NCBI RefSeq assembly: GCF_000281045.1
Contig: NW_008246219.1
Coordinates: forward strand, 1-64,000
DNA: 64,000 bases
Direction of reading: 5' to 3'
Source: Saprolegnia diclina VS20
Lineage: Eukaryota
A model generated the notes under the pieces. That model saw only the letters and a list, made by a program, of their open reading frames with translations. It was not told the DNA's origin and searched no databases. Shown here piece after piece: positions 11,602 through 24,093 of this stretch. How positions within the stretch are numbered: position 1 is the stretch's first letter; each line of letters begins with the position of its first letter. Made by a program: the position numbers and the translations under genes.

Positions 11602-14326
11602 TCACGTGACGCAGTTGCCGCGGGTGTAGCGATACCGCACGGCAGAGTCCATTTTCTCCTTGTGCTCGGCCGTATTGGGTTTGAAATGGTTCTCCGCGAC
11701 CGTCCCGGCAACGAACGGCCGGAGCATGGAACACGACTGCGGTAAAATCGCAAGCCCGAGCCAGTAAACGCTCACTATAAAGGTGCTTCCATGCTTTTGC
11801 TTTGGGTTGTACGGCACGATGCCGTTCAGGCCCTTCCTAGCACAGTCCATGACGTCCAAAACGAAGCAAGTTGTGCNNNNNNNNNNNNNNNNNNNNNNNN
11901 NNNNNNNNNNNNNNNNNNNNNNNNNNNNNNNNNNNNNNNNNNNNNNNNNNNNNNNNNNNNNNNNNNNNNNNNNNNNNNNNNNNNNNNNNNNNNNNNNNNN
12001 NNNNNNNNNNNNNNNNNNNNNNNNNNNNNNNNNNNNNNNNNNNNNNNNNNNNNNNNNNNNNNNNNNNNNNNNNNNNNNNNNNNNNNNNNNNNNNNNNNNN
12101 NNNNNNNNNNNNNNNNNNNNNNNNNNNNNNNNNNNNNNNNNNNNNNNNNNNNNNNNNNNNNNNNNNNNNNNNNNNNNNNNNNNNNNNNNNNNNNNNNNNN
12201 NNNNNNNNNNNNNNNNNNNNNNNNNNNNNNNNNNNNNNNNNNNNNNNNNNNNNNNNNNNNNNNNNNNNNNNNNNNNNNNNNNNNNNNNNNNNNNNNNNNN
12301 NNNNNNNNNNNNNNNNNNNNNNNNNNNNNNNNNNNNNNNNNNNNNNNNNNNNNNNNNNNNNNNNNNNNNNNNNNNNNNNNNNNNNNNNNNNNNNNNNNNN
12401 NNNNNNNNNNNNNNNNNNNNNNNNNNNNNNNNNNNNNNNNNNNNNNNNNNNNNNNNNNNNNNNNNNNNNNNNNNNNNNNNNNNNNNNNNNNNNNNNNNNN
12501 NNNNNNNNNNNNNNNNNNNNNNNNNNNNNNNNNNNNNNNNNNNNNNNNNNNNNNNNNNNNNNNNNNNNNNNNNNNNNNNNNNNNNNNNNNNNNNNNNNNN
12601 NNNNNNNNNNNNNNNNNNNNNNNNNNNNNNNNNNNNNNNNNNNNNNNNNNNNNNNNNNNNNNNNNNNNNNNNNNNNNNNNNNNNNNNNNNNNNNNNNNNN
12701 NNNNNNNNNNNNNNNNNNNNNNNNNNNNNNNNNNNNNNNNNNNNNNNNNNNNNNNNNNNNNNNNNNNNNNNNNNNNNNNNNNNNNNNNNNNNNNNNNNNN
12801 NNNNNNNNNNNNNNNNNNNNNNNNNNNNNNNNNNNNNNNNNTTTGCCTCCAATGAGCCCTCGAATGCCTAGAAATATCATTTGGGTTTATAGTTAACTCG
12901 AAGGATAGACCCTCAAAGGTGATGTAAACGTCGCCATTGAGCGCAAGCACGGTTAACACAATAAGCAGCACTTGGATGGCAATGAGTTCGGACGCGCTAT
13001 CGACCTCATTGCCACAGGCCCACGCAGGACTGAGCGGGACGCCTCCGTGCTTGCCTGGACTCAGAGTCGAGTCAAAACATGACAGAGTACGACACACAAA
13101 CCTTGGCTCCAGCCCGGCAGCCCAAAGTCCGAGACGACTTGGATCTGAGACAGACAATAGACGTTGACCGTATACCTATGCCATATTATGAATATTGTCC
13201 TCAAATTTTGCGACGTACCGTAGACCAAGCGGCGTCGACAAAATGACAAAATCTTCACCCGTTGCATCGTAGCTATAGCTGCCGTCGGTGGTCACCACTG
13301 TGCGCAGCGGGTACGGCAGCACGCCTTGTTGCGTGCCATCCGAATTTGTGTACTCGTGCACGGTCTAAAAACACGCCTTTACCACAAGGACTTCGAGTCC
13401 AACCCATAGAACCTGCATCGTCGTGTTGAGGTCCGAGTAGAGTGTGAGAAGATAGACGCCTTGGTCGTTGCGAACCTACGGACCATTTCTCCGAAGTCTT
13501 GGAACACGCAAATACGTACGGTGGTCTCGAGCAAGGCAATGCCGGCAATCAACTGCGGTCCATTGAGTGGCACACAGTCGGGGTACGTAGTGTAGCCAGC
13601 CACAAAGACGAGGACACCCCACCCGACGGCCTTGTTGCCGCCGACAACACACGTCGACACGAAGAGCGGCGCGCCTACAGAAGGATAGCCTTTGACGCGT
13701 CATAGCTATATGCTGTAAACGAACCTTGGTCAAGTTCGAGCGACCACTGGTCGGCGAGGCGGTCACCCACGGCCGCCCAAACCGTAGGCGACGTTGTCGT
13801 GACTTCATTTTGCGAGCAACTTTGCGCGACCCAGCCGTGATGTGTGAGCTGACACGCCTTGCCATAGTCGGACCAAAAGGACGCCGCCGACTGCACGTTG
13901 TTGGAAATGACGAGCCGGGAAAACATGCCCTAACCACCCATTCAAAGTTATTAGTTCTGACAAATTGAAGTCCAGAATTGAGGAATCGCACTTGGTTGAT
14001 GAGCACAATGAGCGTAAAGAGTGAGAGCAAAATGAGCCCGCCCGCGAGGAGGTTGGAAAAAATGCGGCCGAACGCCTCGAGCTTTTTGCTGCCCTTGTCC
14101 GACGGCTTGCCCGAGACGCCGATCGACGGCGACCCAAAGGTCTACAGACGCTCGAGGCTACTCCGTGCAGACAAGCACATACCGACGGCGGCGCGGCCGT
14201 CACGGTGACACCGGACGCCGAGTTTGTAGCTGGCTACGTTTGGCGATAAGAGTGTACGAGCAGGATGAGATATAAGCGTACGAGTCGGAGACCTTGAGCC
14301 CACGCGCGTGGGCCGACGAGAGGCAT
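11602..14326 (-). CDS. Uncharacterised multi-exon membrane protein, tandem copy B (spans gap)
   Basis: Spliced start MPLVGPRAWAQGLRL; TM segment GGLILLSLFTLIVLINQ; STCVVGGNKAVGWGVLVFVAGY; same exon layout and same YRYTRGNCVT* end as copy A. Confidence 0.72.
11877..12841. other. Assembly gap (965 N)
   Basis: Run of N inside copy B, at a position homologous to the gap in copy A. Confidence 0.99.
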
Positions 14327-15186
14327 CGCAAGGCCAGAGCGGAGCTGGTTGACCACTGTAGACAGGCCGTGCCGAAAATACGCTTCTTCTATTTTTGACC
14401 AACAGGTTCACCCGCCCACGACACCTAGAGCACCTAATGACAAGCTGTACATTTGCGATCGTTGGATACACACCTTTTTCCTTGACCTTCTGCTATTAAT
14501 TTATTGAACAACGCGCTCCCACTTGTCGCGACGCTATTGTTGAAGTGGGTCCTTTATCAAAAGAGATAAAACTAGGCTAATGAAAATTGTGGACTTTCTT
14601 TGTTAAGTACACTTGGTTGTCGAACTTGATGTAGGCCGGCGGAGGCAAGAACGCGATCCGCGGGACAAGGTGCTGGCGCAACCGCTCGTGCTATGCGAGG
14701 AGCCGGAGAAGACGACGAAGGGCCGGCTGCTCGGGCTCCTGAACGAGGCTGTGGTGCAAGTGCAGTGGAGCGACCCGCGCAATCGTTCATGGACTTGAAA
14801 GGTCAGTGCAATTGCCGCATCGTCACGGACTCAAGGTGTAGAATACCCAGTTGACAGATACTGTATTGGCGGGTAGATGTCGCTTGAGTGGCTGTATTTC
14901 GAAACGAGACTCTGGATCAGAAAGAGCGTGTGGTGTCAACCAGAGTCTACAACACCACGGACGTTTTGCATCTGATGCCAAGCCGAAAATTGCGATGACA
15001 CGCGACCTTGTGGTGTTCTAGTATCAAGTTGATACAAGGACTCGAACTCCGAGATCTGCGAGCCAGCCCGCCAATGTATGCTCTCTCAGAGGACCTCTAA
15101 TATAGCGTATAAAATACAAGAGGTTATTCGACAGATTTTTCGAAACCAGAACAACGGCAAAAGCTCATTGACGCCCGACGCGCAGC

Positions 15187-16860
15187 ATGGCAGGCGACGA
15201 CCGCGCCGAAGATGCGACCTTCTTTGACAAGCCAAGCGTCCCGACGACGATCCGCTGGATCCCGGACGCCGAGGTGTCTCTCTGCAAGGCCTGCGGTCTC
15301 CTTTTCGACTGGGTCCGGCGCAAGCACCACTGCCGGTACGACGCCTGTCTTGGTCAGTGGCAGGCAGCTCATCATGGCCTTGGCTAGATACTGCGGTAGC
15401 CTGCGCTACACGAGGTAGACATACAATAGGACCATGTGCGGTCGTAGGCCACGTCTTTTGCGATCTTTGCACGACGTTCCGCAGCTTGATCCGCGACGAC
15501 AAGATACTGACGTCGCCCGAGAAGCGGTACCTCTCAGTGAACGCATATAACCCGCAGCGCGTGTGTGAGCCATGCTACACGTTGCTCTTGCCCGACCAAA
15601 GCTTGCTCTGTACGTCCTATGGCATGTCTATTCGGTGTGCGTCATGCAGCTCTAGGCGCGACCGCAAGCAACGCTGTGCAGCCCAACTCGATCAGCGAAG
15701 CCGGCTCCAAGCGCTTCCTCAACAGGTCCGCTCGCTCCTGCCACCGACATATGTGAACGATATTTGTAGTCCATACTCGTTTACGCTCCGCGAAGAGATT
15801 CGCAAGGCGGCGTACAGCGTCAAGAACTTCATGTACGATGGCGTCATCAAGGACCAGTCGATCCCGCTGCCACTGTTGACCAACGCCAAGGGCATTGCCG
15901 TACGTGCCAGCGTCTACCGCCGACGTCTCACTGCTGCACATCGTAGTTTTTGACAGTCCTCAAGGTCGGTTTTGTCGTCACGGGGCGGGTGGGCACGGGC
16001 CTCGTCATCGCCAAGCTTCCCGATGGCTCCTGGTAGCGTCTCTTTTGTATCGTGGCAAGACAAATGTCATGTTGTGCATGCAACTAGGTCGGCGCCGTCG
16101 GCCATTGCGACTGCTGGCATTGGCTGGGGCGCCCAGATCGGCGGCGGTGTTACCGATTTTGTCATCATCCTCAACACCCGTTGTACGATTTTTTATCATT
16201 GCAAAAAGTATCAATGTATCGACAGGCTCTCAATCGTAGCTGCCGTCGACACGTTTTGCGCCCAAGGCCAAGTCAACATGGGGGCCGAGCTCGGCGTCGC
16301 AGCCGGGCCGCTCGGACGCGTCGCTGCGGGCGCGATGGAAGCCGGTACTCGTCTCGTCTTTGTGGGTGTCGCCTCTCATGACGCGGGCAGGTCCTGGCGG
16401 CATTGCACCGTGCTACTCGTACTCGCATTCCAAGGTACTTGACGACTGTGATGCTCTCTAAACCGTGGTGTAGGGACTCTTCATCGGGATTTCGGTCGAG
16501 GGCTCAGTCGTGCTGGCGCGACCGGATGTGAACCTCGAGTTTTACGGCAAGGAGGTCACCGCCGCGGACCTTCTTAGTGGCCGAGGTAGAACGACCCTTT
16601 GAGTTATAGACCCATCTAATGGTGCCTAGAACCCCCACCCGTAGCTGCGCAACCACTCTATGATGCGCTGACAATGGCCGTGGAAAGGTACTCTCTCATG
16701 TTGAAGCAACTTGAACAACAAATGCATCGCTAGTCCTGCCAACGGTCTCAACCGCGGGTCTCTCTCGACGCGGGCGGCATCCTACAGCAGCAGCAGCAGT
16801 CTGCGCCTCTCGGTCCCGGCGCCCGTGTCGGCCCCGGCCGCGAGCTCGGTCGCCTTGTAA
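15187..16860 (+). CDS. FYVE zinc finger + SYLF (Ysc84/SH3YL1-type) domain protein, intron-rich
   Basis: WIPD..CKAC..RRKHHCRYCGHVFCDLC..RVCEPC (FYVE); AKGIA, KVGFVVTGRVGTGLVIAK, WSAPSAI, GWGAQIGGGVTDFVIILN, YSYSHSKGLF (SYLF). Confidence 0.9.
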
Positions 16861-17119
16861 TCGCTCAGTGGACGCAACACATAGTGTACTTCGAGTAAAC
16901 GACGTAACTACGCTCAACACATAATAGCAACCAGCACCTTTGGTTCGCCAGCGTTTATAAAGAAATCTTGCGTGAGGAAGAGAAGTAACTTCAAGAGGAC
17001 AGTGCCACGCTAGGCTGCCACGTCATCGGATGCGTCGACGGTACGGAAATTTCCGAAAAACAGAACATTTTCCAGGTTTTTTCGATTCTTTGCAGCGCAC
17101 ACAGTGGAATTCAGCACAG

Positions 17120-20100
17120 ATGAGCGACACGGACGCCTCGTCCGGCACGGTCGTCGTGCCCAAGCATATTCTGCAGAACGTGGTCGATGGCACCAAGACG
17201 CTGCTGAGCGAGAAGCGCGTGTTGCACCAAAAGCTCGATGAAATGAACCACCGCGTCTTTACGCTCGAGCGGCAGCTTGCAGATCAGCAGCTCAAGGTCG
17301 AGACGATGCAGCAGCAGCAGTCCAAGAGCCCGACCGGTGCCAACGCCAACCGGTTCAAGCACCTCACGCTCCAAGTCATCAAGGACAAGCAACGCAATGA
17401 AAAGATCAGTGCGGCCAAAGACTTGGACGCGCGACCGCCCACGACCACCAAGAAGGACGAAGAGATCCACAAGCTCAAGATGAAAACGTCCGAGGTGCGA
17501 ATCACAAACTTTCTTGTGAGAACCTATGACAAATGAAACATTGTTGGTGCTAGCTCGAGTCGTTGCTGCAGGCCACGCGCGCAATTACGCACCAGACAGC
17601 GCACCGCGACGTCGTGGTCTCGACGCTCAACGCAGCGCGCAACCTCGTGGCCGCGCGACGCTACTCGCTCGCGCTTGTTAATGAAACCAGCACGCACATG
17701 ACGGTCTACTCGATGACGGTCGTCACGGCCGACGAGCTCAGCTTTGAACTGACCAAGAAACCACCGCTTCTCGAAGACGAAGGATCGATGCTGATCGACG
17801 ACGCGACGACGTTTGGGCACGTCCTTTTGGTATAGTTCAAGAAATGGACGAAACTTATGCTAACATGTTGTGTTGTCGTAGACCGATACGCCCTTGGATT
17901 CGATGCAAGTCGCAGTGTCGGGCAAGTTTGAGACCCAAATGGAAGAACTCGATTTTTCACCGCACTCGCTCTTGTGTATTCCGATCCACAATGCCCATAG
18001 CACCGTGTTAGGTATCTCTCTTTGATAGCTCGATTTGGTAACTCGTTTTTTGCTATAATTTTGAGCATGTAGGCGCGCTGCAAGTCATTACCCAGCGCCA
18101 ACACGCCGACGAGTACCGTCAAAACCAAGTGTTTACGTCCCTCGACAAGGAGCGGTATGGCACTTGACGGGATACTTTGATTGTTGATGTGTGGACCCTA
18201 GTCTCGAACACCTCTGCGTCATGTCGGGCTCGGCCGTACGTACACTATATGTCTCTATTCGATCGTACTCATTCCACATGGGTTAGGTCTGGAACCTCAA
18301 GCTCTCGAAAGAGCGCCAGACGGCGCAATCGCGCATTGAGATTCTGCTCAAACTCAATCGCAGCATCTCGGTCGAGGGCAACCCCGTGCGTGTCTTGGAG
18401 AAGATCATGGATGTGTCGTACGAGCTCTTGCACGTCGAGCGCATTTGCCTCTTCTTGCGCATCCAAGGCGAGAACGACTTGTACATTTTGCATGCGAGTG
18501 ACGAAGCCAAGGGCAACTACGTCTCGATGGACTGTGGCATTGCAGGCCTTGTCGCGCGCACGGGTATGTACTCGAATGTGAAGCTATTGTGAAATCTTTT
18601 TTTCGAATTGGACACTATGTGATTAGGTCAAGTGGTGACGACCAACGATGCGCAAAAGCACCCGTGCTTTGACAAAGAAATGGACGTCAAGACAGGGTTT
18701 ACCACGAAGAAGCTCTTGTGCGTCCCGGTCAAAGACCCGGACGGCAACATCCTCGCGGTCGTCGAGGCCATCAACAAGCAAGACGGCACCGACTTTACGA
18801 TCGAAGACACGCTTTTTCTAAGCTACATTGCCGAGGTTGAACCATTGTGTCCATAATTGTCTATATTTTTAATTGAGATACATTTAGGCGGCCGGCATTT
18901 CGCTGCACAAATCGTACCTCCACAACGAAGTCATGATTTCCAAAAAACTGGCCGAAATTCGCTTGACGCTCTCCGAGTTTATCACGCAACAAACCGACAT
19001 TCACCGGTTGACGGACCTCATCACAGCGCAAGGCAAGACCATCATGGTACCAATATTGTCTGTTGAGTATTCGGCTAGTTGAAACGATTCCGTGGACTTG
19101 TAGGAATGCGATCGGTTTGGTTTTTTGCTCGTGGACCATCTCAAAAATGAGCTCTGGATCACGTCGACCAATCAAGCCAATGGTGAAGAAATCACGGTGC
19201 GGCAGCCCATCTACAAGGGCATTTCGGGTCTTGTGGCAACGACCGGGGACACAGTGTGCACGCGCGACGCATGTACACTATTGTCATTTAAAAAAGTTAC
19301 CCTGCACACGATAATCATCTAGACACGCACAACCTGTTCGACCCTACACACGACACGATGACGGGGTATCGCACCCAGAGCGTGCTGTGCATGCCTGTGT
19401 TTGAAGAGAACGTCCCGACCAACCCCAAGGTCGTCGCGGTGGCCATGTGCATCAACAAGCTCCAGGGATCCCACGTAATTGCATTTACGAGCGAAGACCG
19501 CAACACAATGGGGCGCTTTTGCAAAGAAATTCAGTACGCGCTCGGCAAGTTGTCGCTTGAAGTGTGCTACTACAAGGTACGCAACCCTACCCACGTGCAT
19601 CTTGCGTCTTTGCATTATCTATCCTCGTTTCCTTTGTGTCAGTACGTGGTGTTCTTGACCCGTATATGACGACGCGACGTGGACGACTCTCATCTGGTCT
19701 GTGTAGGTCGTCAGCGACAAGCACGCGAGTGGCAGCGACGAGGTGACCGAAGCCGGCATCATTTCGAGTCTGCTTCAAAAGTACAGTCGCCGCACCTCGG
19801 GTGCCAACACGACCAAGTACGACGGCGGTGCTACCGAGTCGCAGCAGTCGGATGCCTTTGGACGCGATGTGCTCGTGCCGTCGCGACCAGAGCTCGACGC
19901 GTGGGACCTTGACATTCTCTCGTTTAGCTTTAGCGAGGTCATGGTGTCGGCGCAAACGCTCTTCCGTGCCTACGGCTTTGTGGACCAGTATAACGTTGCA
20001 CCCGAGAAGCTCCAAGCCTTTGTCGCGAGCGTCGCGCAACACTACCGCACAAACCCATACCACAACTTTTACCATGGTTTTCAAGTCATGCACGCGGCGC

Positions 20101-20957
20101 ACATGCAGATCAAGCTCTTTGCCCGCAAGCTCTTGCCGAGCCTGGATATTTTCTCGCTCCTCATCGCTGCACTTTGCCACGGTATGGATGCAAATTGAAT
20201 TTGCATATGGATTGTATGGATTTGCATATGGTAGACGTGGACCACCCGGGCAACAACAACGACTTTGAAGTCAAGTGCGTGAGCTCGATTGCGCTCACTC
20301 ACAACGACGACGCAGTGCTTGAGCGGCACCACTGCCGCGTCACGTTTATCATCTTGAACGCCCCGTCCACCAACATTTTGGACAAGTTGTCGTCGGATGC
20401 GTTTCGGCAAGTGCGCCGCAACATCATCCGCTGCATCATGGCGACCGATATGACGAACCATTTTGCGCAAGTCAAGACCATGGAGAACATGCCGCGTAGC
20501 CAGTGGACCGACCACTCGAACCGGTACGACGAGCGGCGGGCGACGTGGGTTGACCATACGTAGGGCGTTTCTGATGGAGTCCATTGTGCACAGCTGCGAT
20601 CTCAGCGCCCAAGCTCTTCCGTTCAAGCTCGCGACCAAGTGGGGCGAGCGGGCGTTAGATGAGTTTCAGAACCAAGCGAAAGAAGAGACCGACTTGCAGC
20701 TCTCAATTGCTCCCTTCATGGAGAACCTCGAGTCCAAAGCCACGCGCTACAACGTCCAAGTCAACTTTGTCTGCTACGTGCTCCAGCCCATGTGGCAGGC
20801 CCTAGCGTCCCTCGCACCACCGCTGCAGGTAGCATAATTCGATATTCAATCGGTCGCAAATGGGTCGGACTAGCTCTACACGGAGACGCTCGCGACCAAT
20901 TTGGAGCAGTACCGCGCCGAGCTTGCCGAGCTCACCCGGCAGCAGACAAGCTCCTAG
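17120..20957 (+). CDS. Class I cyclic-nucleotide phosphodiesterase with N-terminal coiled coil and three GAF domains
   Basis: YHNFYHG, LCH^DVDHPGNNN, LERHH, MATDM, HSCDLS, EFQNQ, QVNF. GAF hallmarks LLCIPI, LLCVPV..INK..F...D and VLCMPV..INK..F...D. Many short introns. Confidence 0.92.
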
Positions 20958-21167
20958 GTTCAATTCCTCGCTTTTTCCATCAATCTATATAATTTTCAAT
21001 GTATCGAGGCCAGTAGTCGAGAGGGTAGTGCGCTCACAGTGTACTCTCGGTTACGTCATCGACTGCGTCCTTTGCACAGTTGTAGTTGGTTCTGGTGGCG
21101 TCGTTGAAAAGGGTTTGATACAACAGGCAAAGTCGCTATCGACAAAGTGTTGTCTACTAGTTAACGA

Positions 21168-23719
21168 CTAGACGGTCGACCGACGCTGGAGCGCGTCGAG
21201 CAAGCGCTGGGACGCCTCTTGGACTTCGATCAAACCTTCGTCGCGCACGATCTCGTGAAAGTGAGCGACCATCGGCAAGAGCACATTGGTGTTCCAGACG
21301 TCCATGTTGGTCTGGTGTGGCAGCAGTTGCGTGCAGAGCTGCAGCTGCAGCACAATCAACGGGACGTCCTCTTCAAACACAGGAAACGACGTGAGCGCGT
21401 CCGTGCACGTCTCCAAGAACGCCGTCCAAAACGTCGCGGGAAGCGCGCCAAGGACCCACGACGCGTCCTTGGCCAAGAGAATCGCCAGACTCTCGAGGCC
21501 CGAGGCCTTGACGTCGAGCACCGACGACGAGAGGATATCGCAGTATCCATGCACGAGATCCGTGTCCTACAAAATTGGTCAATTTGTCTTTGAAAAGCAT
21601 GACAGGATGTCTGTACCGTAAACGGACACGCGACATACAAATGCGTCAGCGCGACCACAAAGAGATCTTGCAGCGAACTCGAGCCCGTGCCATAGAGGTC
21701 CACGAGCGTCTCGGCCACGTCCGCGACATACGGTGCCATGAACGGCCCGGCGCCGGCGACCGTGTGACCGACCGACCCAAGAAGCCGTTGTGCCATCGGC
21801 TACCAATGCATGATGGACTTTAGTGTCGATGCGCAAGAAAACAATATACCTTGGAGTACCGATGGAGCTGATGGAGACCCTTCTGCAGCATCGCCACGGT
21901 CGTCGCCACGAGCCGTTCGTAGGGCTCGTGGTTGGCGTCCGAGGTCGGCTGCAGCACAAAGAGCACGTCGCCAAACACGAGCGGGTCCGCAAGCTTCATG
22001 GCCACGTCCCGCACAAACGCCGCTTGGAGGTCCCAGAAGCGGCTGCCCATGCAATACATGAGCGCGATAAATGCCTACACTTTTTTAACGAGGTGCGTAG
22101 TACGACACAGTGTACCTCGGTCGTCGCGTCGCGGAGGTCGGGCAGCATGGCTTTGACGGCTTTGAAAAGGCGGTCTTTTGCGAGCTCCTAGGTAGGAGGC
22201 AGAGTGAGGCCGACTGTGTTTTCACAATGAGCATGAAATCCGACGGGCAGTTTGTACACGAGTGCCTCGAGCGTCGCAAACACGGCCGCGTCCGGCGCCA
22301 GCGCGTGCTGCTGCAAGTGGCCAGCGATCAAGAGGTCCCGAACACTCTCGACAAGGCCGTGGCCCAGCTCGAGCTGGCTCGGGTGATCCCACGGCAGTGC
22401 GCGCATGCTACAAGACTCCGTATGATGGCATTGCCAGGTGCGTCATATGCGGTTGTACGAGTCGAGGAGATGCGAGAGGAAGCGATTGAACGTCTCGTTT
22501 GCGATATCGCCGGCGTACTCGATGACCGTGAGGCGGTAGAGGGCCGGGAGGATCGTCGAGATGGAAGCTACGTCCGCAGTCAACGGCAGCGTCTCGAGAA
22601 ACGCCACCCAGCGCGCGGCGGGCACGCGCGCCGCAAAGCCAAACGCCGGCGTCGAGGACGCAGTCGCCGTCATGAGCTGACGCGCACTCGGAAGCGCGGG
22701 AAAGAGTTGGTCGAGCACCACGTTGGCCAATGTGTTCCACTCGACAATATCGTTTTGGTAGTCGGTCGAATTCACAAAGACACTATATCGACAGGAGGTC
22801 GCATCATTATTCACAAAAAATCGATAATACCTTGTGTGGAGCTGCAGAATTTCGGGCAACACCTATCGCAACAGACAATAATGATACAGGCAACATGCTA
22901 GTATTGCAAGACAGTACCTCGGTCAAGAGGGTCGATGCCGTCGAGGGCTGGGTCTGCACCAAAACGTTGAGGAGCTCGCACGTCGGGCGAAACAGCAGCT
23001 GCGTCGAGAGCATATCGAGCGCGCACTGCGCCAATAGCTCGTGCGTCCATGTTAAAAGCACTGGCGCCAGCGACGCGCTCGTCGACTCGAAGCACTCCAT
23101 GAGCCGCGTGCAGCCGCGCAGCGCCACCATCTACACGATCAACGCGTTCCATCAGTGGCTACATCCCACCCACTCTCAACCTTGAGGCCCAAGTACGGCT
23201 TGGACCAGTGCGGCAGCCGCAAGACGCGCAAAAAGACGGCTTCAAATGCACCGAGGTACGCCTTGAAGACACCCGTCTCGGTGACGTACCGAATGGTCTA
23301 GCCAGCAATCAGCGGCCATGGAGGAAGATCGCGTTACGTACAAGGCCAGCCGCCGAGAGGAGCGTGCCGAGCTGGCTTTCGTTGGGAATCGCCGTTGGCG
23401 ATGCACTGTGATCGACGAGGTCGCACTGCGCGACGAGGTCCGTCAAGAGCGCGTCCGTCCAGTCGCGCGTGCCAGCTTCGCCCACGTCGGTGCGATGCAC
23501 GTTGGCCTTGACAATGTCTACGAATTATATATGGTCAACCTGTGGAAAGAAACGTGGACGATCATGTCCATTCGGCGTACCGGCAATGGGCTGGCTTCCC
23601 GCGTTCGTCCAGAGCGCGTCCATGATGATGGTGATTGGGCTCACATTCATTGGCGGAGCGTTGCACGGATTTGGTATATGTTGAATCACGGAAATAGTGT
23701 GCTGCTGGGCGCGTGCCAT
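21168..23719 (-). CDS. Hypothetical Leu-rich alpha-helical (HEAT/ARM-like?) protein, multi-exon
   Basis: Chain of minus-strand coding-like exons bounded by GT-AG, ending LLDALQRRSTV*. No family motif recognised; start uncertain. Confidence 0.55.
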
Positions 23720-24093
23720 GCTGACACGTCACGACATTGCCGATGGACTCGTGGTAGAGGCGGCGGAAGAGGCGATAGCGTCCATGGAAGGGGACACGTT
23801 CTTGGAACCGACCTTGGTAGACGCTTCGATTCTGTCACTATGCGATCGCACTGGACTCTGGCCACGAGAACGCTTGTGCGAGCTTGCGCATCGTTTCAAC
23901 CTTGGTTGTGGCTGGCGTCCAAATCATGGTAATCTGTGGTGCGGCGTCTCTGGACATATACGCACTGTTGAAAAGGCCACTCGCGTCTGATTCAAACGGG
24001 CCGGAAACGATCTCGCGTCGCTCGCGGCTGCCTCGCACCAATGCCACCCAAACAGTAAGATCGTAGTTGTATCCATTCACAAACATCATGCAT

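Noticed and set aside
8594..13157. Long X-filled ORFs in the track (also 43742-47277 and 52617-53088)
   Set aside because: Artefacts of translating N runs.
14613..15000. Short coding-like stretch with splice-like signals
   Set aside because: No start or coherent frame could be assembled; possibly a relic, but unsupported.
15187..16860. FYVE-SYLF fusion as a novel architecture
   Set aside because: The combination is already known in plants (FYVE2/CFS1-type); only the microexon is kept as a finding.
17905..17910. Possible GC-AG donor (GCAAGT) in the PDE gene
   Set aside because: The sequence reads through in frame as part of GAF1 (DSMQVAVSGKF...LLCIPI); no intron is needed.
20184..20234. ATGCAAAT/ATTTGCAT octamer-like palindrome and short repeats in a PDE intron
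   Set aside because: Explained by local slippage in a short intron; no basis for a regulatory role.
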